Origin: a virus
IMG/VR virus record: IMGVR_UViG_3300031565_000014
Coordinates: 8,773-72,772 of that record
Reading direction: 5' to 3' (one strand)
Length of the DNA stretch: 64,000 bases
Below are positions 38,910 to 48,078 of this stretch, piece by piece; position 1 is the stretch's first letter, and each line of letters opens with the position of its first letter. The notes under the pieces were generated by a model. It saw only the letters and a program-made list of their open reading frames with translations. It had not been told where the DNA came from and made no database searches. A program made the translations under genes and the position numbers.

Positions 38910-41900
38910 TACTTACAATTATTTTTAAGGGCGTTAATAAAACCAGATTTAAAATCTTTAGAATCTTGCTTAATTTTTGCCAAAGCTTTATCTTTATCTA
39001 ATTTTTTAGAATTCACTTGCAAAGTGGCAATCATTGCTTTAACAGAATCTTTACTTAACATAGATTTTTCTTTTTTAACAGCTGTTTTAGTAACAGTGCT
39101 TGTTTTCTTAACTTGCTTAGTTTCACCATCAGCATCTTTTATTGTAGTACTATCTTTATCTTGCTTAACTACTTTTTGTTGTTTACCTTCTACTTCTACA
39201 AAAGATCCTTCGGCTACTTCTCCAACAGGTCCTGGTTTATTTATAGAATTTTTATAATCAGCAATTACTTCATCGACTAAGTTATTTATAAAAATAGTGA
39301 AATTTGCTGTACCTCCCAGTAATTTTTCTAATTTATTTTCTTTACTCTTGAGTAATTTCTCAATTTTTGTGTAAACTTTATCTCTTAAAGCATTATCTTT
39401 TATTGTATGTATAGAAGGAATTTTAGGTATCACATCCTTCATTACATTTTTTACATATTTACTTGTAGAAACAATGTCTGCTTCATCTAAAATTTCATCT
39501 GTAATCTCATTTGTAATTTCTTGAACTATATAAACATGTGACTTTCCTTGTCCTTTAGACCAAGCTTTTAATTGTGGCGTTTCTTCCGTAATTATACTGG
39601 TATTATATACTTCTGTAGAATCTCTATAACCTACATAGGATATTTTAAATAATTTATTACCATGTTTAAATATTTTAGTCTGAGCTACACCAATACCTTT
39701 AATTTTATCTGTATAAGATTTAATAACAAAACCTGTATCTTTAAGTGAAGCTAATGCTTCTGTTTCTTGCTCGTTTAGTGGACTTTCTTCAAGATCTATT
39801 GCAATATTAGGGTCTATTCCAGTTGGTATTTTTTGACCTTTAGCTGGAATTATACTATCATCTTCAACTTTCTTTTTAACAGTTTCTTTATCTACATAAC
39901 CTTTTACAGCTTTTTTAAGTAAAGATGTTATTGGTGATCTTTTTAGTTTAATTAATCCGGGAACACCATCAACAGTACTTTCTGGAGTAACTTGTTCAAA
40001 TCCTTCAGCAGATGTAACATTTACTGTATCACCATCCATTTCATAATTAGAAACTAAAGTAAAGATGTTAATACTACTTGATTCTATTCCTTCAGAAGAT
40101 CTTAGTAAATCCTCATATATTGTTTGTTGGTCAGACCATCCTTTAACTCTAGGTTCAAATTCACCTTCGTTAAATATGTATTTAGCTGCTGTAGTTTGAT
40201 TCCCTGCTTTAAGTGTTTTAAAATCTATAATAGCTATTGTACCATCTGGAGCAACAGCTACTAAATCTAAAGTACCACCAACACCGTCAAGACCTGTAGC
40301 TTTCTTTTCAGCGTCTGTAAATTCCATATAAGTAAATACATCATTAGCTACAAATTTATAACCTTGTTTTTCTAGATTATCTTTAAGTGTAAAGAAAGCA
40401 TCTACCATTATCTCAAATTGCTCTTGCTCTATGTTTACTTTAAATCTACTAGATTTAGCATTCATCTCATTAGCTGTTTCTAGATAATTTTCTCTGTTTG
40501 CTTTAACTTCTTCTTTTGTTTTACCGTCAAATATATCTCTACCAACTATATCAGCTAAGTTACCTCTAGCAGCTCCTTGAGCCATATTGTCATTAGATTC
40601 AGTTGTTGTGCCATTTACTCTATCTTTAAAATTAGACTGTCTTTCTAATTTAAGTTTACCATCTGTATAAATAGATGTTTGTGACTTACTTCCACCATCT
40701 TGTTGTGTTGATTTTAGTTCTGCTTTTAATTCTGTAGCTTTTTTCCAAGCTTCTAATAGTTTAAAAAATTCAGCTTTATTATTTCTCCAAACAGCTTTTA
40801 TAAGAGTAGTGCCTTGCATTTTCATATATTCAGAAACAGATTGTTCATCTATTCCCCAATCTTCTACAATATTTTGAATATCTGATAATAAAAGATTTTC
40901 TTTTCCGTTTCTATCTAAATTAGTATTTGAAAATTCATCTATTGTTTTTGATATTTCCTCACTTTCAAGAAAAATCATTTCTCTATCTATAAGTGCTTCT
41001 AGTTCAACTTTTTTAGCTTCAGTTTCATTAGATTGTTGTGTTGGTTTAGAAATAGTTGTTGTAACTGTTTTAAAGTTTTTATTCTTCTCTTGTAACGCAG
41101 ATAGCTTATCTAAAGTTTCTTGTTGCTTATCTACTTTAACGGCTTCCTCGTCAACTACTTCTTTAACTTTAGCTTTTTCAGCATCTTCTTTAGCTTGAGT
41201 TTCACCTAGTATTTTATATTTAGATTTAAGATTCTGTATAACTTTAGGATTTTTTTCAAATAAGATATCTACATCACCATAAGCTTCTTGTTCATCTTTG
41301 TCTAATGCTGTAAAGGCATCAACTATTTCATTAAAGAAATCTATAGATAAATCATTACCCCCTTCTGATTGAGGAAATATAAAAGTAGCATATTTAAATA
41401 TATTAGGATATTTCTCTTGATCAATTGCGTCCTCTATTTTACCTTCACCCTCTTCTTTAGTAATCTCTTCTTGAATAGGTTTAAGTATACCTTTAGCAAG
41501 ATATTGTATTACTTCCGCAACAACTGTTGGGTTTTGAACAGGCTTTAATGTGTGAGCATCAAAAATTTCATTAGGAAATCTTTGTTCACTTTCTTCATCA
41601 AATATTTTAGCAAGATCTTCTGGTAATAAAAATACACCAAATTTATCTAGAAGTTCGTTGGCTAACTTATTCATTTCCTCTGACGTATAATGAGTCTCAA
41701 GAACTTCTTTTAAATAATCTTTACGATTAGCCCATTTATCTCTATAAGATTGTTCTAATGCTGTAAAGTGATTCATGAAACCTTTAGGATCTGCTAATAC
41801 ATTAATAGATTTAGATAAATTGTTACCATCTTCTCTTAAAGCATAAAGATCTTTATATTTAACAAACATTTCATCAAAGTTTGTTGCATCAAATATTTCT

Positions 41901-44530
41901 CCGTTAACTTCAGCTAATGTTTTAAAATAATTTTTAAGATCTAAGTATGTATCTCTAAGACTACCATCTCTTTCAAAATGTTTTGTTCTTATGTAAGCTT
42001 CTTGATCTTTTAATTCTTTAAGTTTATTTTGATATTTTTCTGTTAAATCAAGAGACTCATATTCACTTATTTCTTTTTGTAATTCTTTTAAATATTCTTT
42101 TAGATTCTCACTTTCTTCTTTAGTTTTTTCAGTATTAACATTAACTGTTTCAAATAATCTTTTTAAAGATCTTGCTTGCTGTCTTTTATTTTTTAATAAT
42201 TTAACTTCTTCTGGTGTTTTATTTTCAGCGTAACTTAATGCTTCTATTTCTGCATTTAATAATGATAATTGTTGAGCCATTCCTTCTACAGAAAATGTTG
42301 CTTGAACATCTTGTGGAGAAATTTTAGTTTTACCACCATAACTTACAGATTTAAAAACACTAAACATATTATTATTTAGTAGCTCATCTCCTAATTTAGT
42401 AATTCTACTAATTGTGTTGTCAAAGTCTTCTTGAAGAAAAGTGACATCATCAATAGCAGCTTCCCAAGCATTATAACCTATTACTTGAGCAATGTCTTCT
42501 GATGAAGGTTCTTTTAACTTAGATATATTAGGGTTAAAAGGATTAATTTTTTCTAATTTTTTTCTAGTTTGTTGTATCTTGTGAACTCTATTTAAATCAT
42601 TATATATACTATTTCTAATAGACTCACCTGATTGTCCTTTAACTCCAAACGCACTTACTAACTCATCATCAGATAAGCTAGCTAACTCATTATAAATACT
42701 TTTAAAATGTTCGAATTTCTGAGGGCTTTTAATTATATCTAAAGCTCTTGCAATGTCTTTAGCACTTTTAGCATCCTGATAAGCTTTTTGGTCACCAGTC
42801 ATTTCAGCTTCATCCATCTTACTTTGACTTGTACTTTGATTTCTTAATGCTTCTATGTTTGAATTAAAAAAATCTTGAGGGTTATTCTTAAGCCAATCAT
42901 TTAAAATATCTGCTGTTTTTTCAGCATTTTTAATTATTTGTTCTTTTTTTTCTTTTTTTTCTGCAGCTTTTTTCTTAAATATTTTTGCGTCTGCATAGTC
43001 AAAAGTTTTAATACCTGTTTTCTGTGCTAACGTTATAGGTGCTCCCATAAGAAAACCTGACATAAAAACCTCAAAACCTTGACCATTCGCCATAGATTTA
43101 ATTCCATCTGCCATATAATTCCAATAACCACCTTCTAAATTATCTGAATATAAATCTTTTGCATAAGATGTAGCGCCTTCACTTATAGACTCTTGGAAAT
43201 ATTCTTGAATACCTTCTGAAAAATTTGCTTTAGAATATTTAAGTGCACCTAATGCTGTTGCCTTTAAACCGGCTTTAGGGTTTTTTAAGGTAGCTTTACT
43301 AAATAACTTATTTGTACCATCTTTAACTACTTTAACAGCCTGTTGTGTAGCATCTTTAAGACCTTCTTTGTTAAGGATCATCTTGTAACCTTGGCCTTGA
43401 AATAAATCTGTAGAAACACCTCCTTTAAATTTTTTAAAAATAGGAGCAAAACTAACTTTGTTGGTCATATAGATTAAACCTAAGTTAGAGTAAAAAGACA
43501 TATCTTGTGCAGCAAGTGCGGCATTACTTATTTTCTCCATGTCATCTACACCGGGAGCCTTACCATTTTGAGTTATATATTCATCATATAAATCATCTTT
43601 AACAGAATTAAAAGCCATACCTGCTTCTAACTGAGATTCTGACACAACCATGTTAAGCTCTCTTACATCCCTATAGAAGTTAGCAGCTGTTTTACTTGTT
43701 TTAGCTAAATTGGTAAGATTATCCATCTTATCCCAATTACGTAATGTATTTGTAGTTCCTGACAAAGGATTTAAAAAATCACCAACTTTATTAGCATTTT
43801 TATAAAAATTATTAGCTTTAGACATATTGCTAACATCTTTAACCTTATCAAAAGATTTAACAGCTTTAGTATAATCAAACATATTACTAAAAGCTTTACC
43901 CAGCTTACCAGCATTGTAACCTGTTCTAACACCTGCAGCAGGAGCAGCTCCTCCAAATGTTACCGCGGAGCCTATAGCCATAATAGCTTCTTCTGCAAAT
44001 ATTTCAGCAATCATACCTACAGTATAACCTGAGTTTAAATATAGATTAGTTGTAAAACCACCAATACCACCTTTAGATGATGAACCAATATTAGCAGCTC
44101 GTTCATACTCTCTTGCTTCACTTAAGTCTGGAGAAAAATCTCCTCCTAACATTCTCCCCATTGACTTTATGTTAGACATAGCGCCTATTTTTGCCAAAGT
44201 ACCCCACTGACCACTTGCTCTCGACATTTCATCAAGCCAAGAACTATTAGCATTATACACTGCTTCATTATCTCTATAAGGAGAGAAACCTAACTTATTA
44301 AATTTAGGATGATTATAATATCTTTCATAATTAAAACCCTTACTACTAGCGTCAAAATATTGAGCACCCATTTGAGAAAAAGGATCTTTAACACCAGAGC
44401 TTACATTTCTTAAATCATTATAAGAGTCGAGCGGTGTTGAGTTAGCATCATCTGCAAAATTAATATTAGCATAATCCATGTTGTTTATCTTAAGTGGATC
44501 ACCTAAGTTAAGTTTACTATAATCAGGCAT
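38909..44530 (-). CDS. Giant virion cargo/ejection protein (1873 aa) with N-terminal hydrophobic segments and an internal PD-(D/E)xK nuclease domain
   Basis: Gly/Ala-rich TM-like segments; ARGN...GGTLDLVAVAPDGTIAIIDFKT...WSDQQTIY. Confidence 0.7.
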   Translation of the reverse strand: MPDYSKLNLGDPLKINNMDYANINFADDANSTPLDSYNDLRNVSSGVKDPFSQMGAQYFDASSKGFNYERYYNHPKFNKLGFSPYRDNEAVYNANSSWLDEMSRASGQWGTLAKIGAMSNIKSMGRMLGGDFSPDLSEAREYERAANIGSSSKGGIGGFTTNLYLNSGYTVGMIAEIFAEEAIMAIGSAVTFGGAAPAAGVRTGYNAGKLGKAFSNMFDYTKAVKSFDKVKDVSNMSKANNFYKNANKVGDFLNPLSGTTNTLRNWDKMDNLTNLAKTSKTAANFYRDVRELNMVVSESQLEAGMAFNSVKDDLYDEYITQNGKAPGVDDMEKISNAALAAQDMSFYSNLGLIYMTNKVSFAPIFKKFKGGVSTDLFQGQGYKMILNKEGLKDATQQAVKVVKDGTNKLFSKATLKNPKAGLKATALGALKYSKANFSEGIQEYFQESISEGATSYAKDLYSDNLEGGYWNYMADGIKSMANGQGFEVFMSGFLMGAPITLAQKTGIKTFDYADAKIFKKKAAEKKEKKEQIIKNAEKTADILNDWLKNNPQDFFNSNIEALRNQSTSQSKMDEAEMTGDQKAYQDAKSAKDIARALDIIKSPQKFEHFKSIYNELASLSDDELVSAFGVKGQSGESIRNSIYNDLNRVHKIQQTRKKLEKINPFNPNISKLKEPSSEDIAQVIGYNAWEAAIDDVTFLQEDFDNTISRITKLGDELLNNNMFSVFKSVSYGGKTKISPQDVQATFSVEGMAQQLSLLNAEIEALSYAENKTPEEVKLLKNKRQQARSLKRLFETVNVNTEKTKEESENLKEYLKELQKEISEYESLDLTEKYQNKLKELKDQEAYIRTKHFERDGSLRDTYLDLKNYFKTLAEVNGEIFDATNFDEMFVKYKDLYALREDGNNLSKSINVLADPKGFMNHFTALEQSYRDKWANRKDYLKEVLETHYTSEEMNKLANELLDKFGVFLLPEDLAKIFDEESEQRFPNEIFDAHTLKPVQNPTVVAEVIQYLAKGILKPIQEEITKEEGEGKIEDAIDQEKYPNIFKYATFIFPQSEGGNDLSIDFFNEIVDAFTALDKDEQEAYGDVDILFEKNPKVIQNLKSKYKILGETQAKEDAEKAKVKEVVDEEAVKVDKQQETLDKLSALQEKNKNFKTVTTTISKPTQQSNETEAKKVELEALIDREMIFLESEEISKTIDEFSNTNLDRNGKENLLLSDIQNIVEDWGIDEQSVSEYMKMQGTTLIKAVWRNNKAEFFKLLEAWKKATELKAELKSTQQDGGSKSQTSIYTDGKLKLERQSNFKDRVNGTTTESNDNMAQGAARGNLADIVGRDIFDGKTKEEVKANRENYLETANEMNAKSSRFKVNIEQEQFEIMVDAFFTLKDNLEKQGYKFVANDVFTYMEFTDAEKKATGLDGVGGTLDLVAVAPDGTIAIIDFKTLKAGNQTTAAKYIFNEGEFEPRVKGWSDQQTIYEDLLRSSEGIESSSINIFTLVSNYEMDGDTVNVTSAEGFEQVTPESTVDGVPGLIKLKRSPITSLLKKAVKGYVDKETVKKKVEDDSIIPAKGQKIPTGIDPNIAIDLEESPLNEQETEALASLKDTGFVIKSYTDKIKGIGVAQTKIFKHGNKLFKISYVGYRDSTEVYNTSIITEETPQLKAWSKGQGKSHVYIVQEITNEITDEILDEADIVSTSKYVKNVMKDVIPKIPSIHTIKDNALRDKVYTKIEKLLKSKENKLEKLLGGTANFTIFINNLVDEVIADYKNSINKPGPVGEVAEGSFVEVEGKQQKVVKQDKDSTTIKDADGETKQVKKTSTVTKTAVKKEKSMLSKDSVKAMIATLQVNSKKLDKDKALAKIKQDSKDFKSGFINALKNNCK
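40700..41050 (-). repeat. 11-bp direct repeats flanking an in-frame 333-bp segment; one end matches the repeat in the RNAP gene
   Basis: ttgttgtgttg at 40700 and 41033; 41024-41050 matches 36591-36617 at 26/27. Confidence 0.75.
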
Positions 44531-44535
44531 ATATT

Positions 44536-47500
44536 TTAATTATTAAGTAATGTTAAAGCTTTTTGATGTGCTTCTGGAGTACTGTATGCAGTTGGGTGCG
44601 ATAATACTAATGGTATATTATTAGGATTTTCTATTATACTAATAAGAGCTTTTTTAGTTAATCCTCCATATAAATAATTAGCATCATCAGTAGAAATATT
44701 TTTTGATGTTTTTAGATAATCAAAAATATTTTTTTTACTATAGTTTATAGCAACAAATTTATCTTGTTCTTGTAATAATTCTAGCTCATAATTACCATAA
44801 TCTGTTTCTCCAACGGATGAATAGTTATAAGATTCTACAGTTTCTTGCACAAACGCATCTTTGTAAGGATCATAAACAGGAACTGTAAACTCTACAGAAG
44901 ATTGAGCACCATTAACATTAGTCAATGTAACCTTACCATAGTCTTCTCCACGAATAGAATTTAAGCTATAATTATCTCCTTTTTTGTCAAGTAAAGCTCT
45001 GGAATTTAATGTAGCACTTGACTCGCCAGCAGATACTCCATATTTAGGTAAATCTGAATTATTAATATACATTGTATACTTACTAGCCACTTTATTAGCT
45101 TCAGCTGCCTCATTATTAATATGGAAAGTTACTTCAGATACATTTTCATCTACTTCTCTTCTGTCAAAAGTTACTATAGGGGATTTAGGTTTTATACCAT
45201 TTTTTGTTTTATAGTCGTTTTGTAATAAACCAAGTAACGAATTTATGTCAGCCTCATTTGCTGTTGAACCTCCTCCTCCTGATGTTACTAAATATACGCT
45301 ACCTTCGGGCACAGATGGAACACTTTCAAAATTCATTGTATTTGCAAGTAAGTTACCATCTATAACACTAAAAGCTGAAACATCGTTAACAAACTCTCTT
45401 AACTGACTTCTAACTACGTCATCTTCACCAATAGTTACAGCACCAGTAGTAACACCATATTTACCCATAGCTAAACCTGATGTGCCCCCTAAATCTCCAA
45501 ATTTACTATTATCTAAAACTTTATCTTGAGAGTTATAATGTTCAAAAAGTCCTTCGGTATAACTTGAATACTTAGCGTGCATATTAGCTAAACCAGCTAA
45601 AGCCTCTCTGTCAAATACATAAGTATCATAGGGAGTTCCCATTTTTCTTGCCCATCGGTCTATGTCAAGAACACTTTTAGTAAGTAAATTATTTAGAGCA
45701 TCATCTGATAGTGTTATTCCTAATTTTTCTTCTATGAACTTTTTAGCTTCAGGTTTAGTGTAACCTTCTTTCCAAGGAGTAATACCAAAGAAAACATTTT
45801 CAGCTTCACTTAATAATTCATTAGCTTCTGATGTCCCCGTAAAACCTATCAAAGCACCATCTGCAAAATATTTTTCATAATCACCTTTTACTAACATATT
45901 GTTAGCTAGATTATTAAAATTTTTAACATTACCATTCTCATCAATAAAATCAGAATTACCAGATTTAACAGCATAGTCAGCTGTTATTTGCTTATGCTCT
46001 GTTATTGCTTTTTTCTTAACTTGCTCTGCTTTATTTAATTGTATTTTTGTTTCAGGAGTATATACACTATTGTATATTTTATTTTCTACATAGTCTGAAG
46101 CATATTTATTTTTTTCAACGTTCAACTGAAATAGTCTTGATAACTTTTCAGCAGGAGCACCATTGATCCCTATATTTGCGTAACTTACTGTAGATCCTAT
46201 TTTACCACCAACCTCTAATATTTTTTCAAAAAATTTACCATTATACTTAGCTGGTATACTTGCAGGAAGTATATCAGTTTTACTGTCAGGAAAATCATTT
46301 ATAAATGCTTTTAGCTCGCCTGGTTCTATACCATACTTTAACATTTCAGTTAATGACATATTTTTTAAAACATCTTTAGCTACCTTTTTAAGTTGGTCAC
46401 CTATTTTTGTTGTTGTTTGAGCTACTCCTTTAAAATTTGAACCTTCTTTATCTGAGTATAAAGCATTATATTCTGCTGTTAGCTTGTCAGATACACTGAC
46501 ACTTAATTTCTGATGTTCGTCTTTAACAGTATTAATAACACTATTAATTTTATCTACATACTTATCATAACCTTCTTGATCAGGTAACCAGTCAACAATT
46601 GAAGGTTCATCATATGTTTTAGTTTTTAGTTTAGGTATTTTCTCTAATTTTTCTAACTCAATAGCATCTCTATCTGCTTGAATGTTTTTAATTTTATCTA
46701 GTAGATCACGATTATCAGTAAGAAGTGCTATGTCTTCTACTGACATGTCACCTTTAATAAATTCTTTTAATAGTGAATTTTCATTATTAATAGCATCTCT
46801 CTGCATAGCATTTTGATGACTAATCGCTTGAACAACAAAAGGATTTGCTTTTAAAGTTTGTGATGTATTAATGTTAGCAATAGCTCTTGCTGAATTCATT
46901 ATATCACCATTCATCATAGCGCTTGCTATAATATTATCAGACATAGCAGGATTTTGAATAACCCCCTCTATTCCTACGTTTTCTATTGCAGAATTAGTAC
47001 TATTAGCTGTATTTTGAATTCTAGCTGAGCTTCCTTCATAAATATTTAAATCTTGTTGTAACTTTTCTAATTCTGCTTCTAATATAGATTTTGGTGTAAT
47101 TTTTTTAACACCACCATTTGATATATAGTCTATTTCACGTTTTGCAGAACTAACCTTACCTTTAGCTTCTTTAGCTGCTTGATTATTTAAATTTTGAGCA
47201 TTCTTAACTTTAGCTATTTGCTGTTCTTGAGCTGCTGTTATATCTCCGTATATTTGAGCATAAGATTCTTGATCACTAACTCTTAGTAACTTAGCTTTCC
47301 CTTTATAAAAGTTTATAGCTCGTTGATTAGTGCTCATTGCAGCTGATATAAAATCTGATAAAGGTCTTTCAGCTATTGAACCATTCTTTTGTGTAACTAA
47401 CCAATTACCGTTAGGTGCTTCTTGTATAATTTCAAAACCGGCTTCTTTAGCTAATTTCTGAGCTTCCTTCATCATATTGAAATTATCAACATAATTACTC

Positions 47501-47994
47501 ATACCTGTTTTAAGAGATTGCTCGTCTGTAGTATTAGCAAATTCTTGACGTTCTATGTTTAATAAATCAACACCACCTTGCCAATATTTATCACCGCATT
47601 TTTCATCATCCATGCACGTTCTTAAAGCTTCTGATCTTTGCATTTCTTGATTCCAATGTCTAGTCCACGTAATATCATAAACCATATGGTCATCTTCGTA
47701 AAAGGGTTTAAAAACCCCTCTTGCAGCATCTACGTTTTGTGGTAAAGAAAGATCACTATTAGATATCTTTCTTAGTTGACTTTCCATGTTACCCAACCAT
47801 TCATCTCTACGTTCTTGATTAGCTCCTCTAGTTAATGGAGCATTTAGTATGCTATTATATGCACTATTAATTTGCTCCCAACCTTGATCATATTGACCTT
47901 GTTTTGTTGCAAGAGCTCCTTGAAAAAAGTTATAATCAGGATTGAATGTTACATTAGGGATGTAGTCTGTTACACCCTGTAAGTATGTTGCCAT
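44536..47994 (-). CDS. Virion cargo/ejection protein (1152 aa)
   Basis: Helical N-terminus, located in the cargo cluster upstream of the RNAP; inferred from synteny with crAss-like phages. Confidence 0.55.
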   Translation of the reverse strand: MATYLQGVTDYIPNVTFNPDYNFFQGALATKQGQYDQGWEQINSAYNSILNAPLTRGANQERRDEWLGNMESQLRKISNSDLSLPQNVDAARGVFKPFYEDDHMVYDITWTRHWNQEMQRSEALRTCMDDEKCGDKYWQGGVDLLNIERQEFANTTDEQSLKTGMSNYVDNFNMMKEAQKLAKEAGFEIIQEAPNGNWLVTQKNGSIAERPLSDFISAAMSTNQRAINFYKGKAKLLRVSDQESYAQIYGDITAAQEQQIAKVKNAQNLNNQAAKEAKGKVSSAKREIDYISNGGVKKITPKSILEAELEKLQQDLNIYEGSSARIQNTANSTNSAIENVGIEGVIQNPAMSDNIIASAMMNGDIMNSARAIANINTSQTLKANPFVVQAISHQNAMQRDAINNENSLLKEFIKGDMSVEDIALLTDNRDLLDKIKNIQADRDAIELEKLEKIPKLKTKTYDEPSIVDWLPDQEGYDKYVDKINSVINTVKDEHQKLSVSVSDKLTAEYNALYSDKEGSNFKGVAQTTTKIGDQLKKVAKDVLKNMSLTEMLKYGIEPGELKAFINDFPDSKTDILPASIPAKYNGKFFEKILEVGGKIGSTVSYANIGINGAPAEKLSRLFQLNVEKNKYASDYVENKIYNSVYTPETKIQLNKAEQVKKKAITEHKQITADYAVKSGNSDFIDENGNVKNFNNLANNMLVKGDYEKYFADGALIGFTGTSEANELLSEAENVFFGITPWKEGYTKPEAKKFIEEKLGITLSDDALNNLLTKSVLDIDRWARKMGTPYDTYVFDREALAGLANMHAKYSSYTEGLFEHYNSQDKVLDNSKFGDLGGTSGLAMGKYGVTTGAVTIGEDDVVRSQLREFVNDVSAFSVIDGNLLANTMNFESVPSVPEGSVYLVTSGGGGSTANEADINSLLGLLQNDYKTKNGIKPKSPIVTFDRREVDENVSEVTFHINNEAAEANKVASKYTMYINNSDLPKYGVSAGESSATLNSRALLDKKGDNYSLNSIRGEDYGKVTLTNVNGAQSSVEFTVPVYDPYKDAFVQETVESYNYSSVGETDYGNYELELLQEQDKFVAINYSKKNIFDYLKTSKNISTDDANYLYGGLTKKALISIIENPNNIPLVLSHPTAYSTPEAHQKALTLLNN

Positions 47995-48078
47995 AAGATA
48001 TCTTTTATAATACTAATATACTAAATTATAATAGTATGATTGTAAACTATTAAAGTTTATCACTTTATAAGTAAGTTA

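Noticed and set aside
36588-41050. Diversity-generating retroelement TR/VR pair
   Set aside because: The repeats are only ~20-40 bp, their mismatches are too few to show adenine-specific mutagenesis, and the window has no reverse transcriptase.
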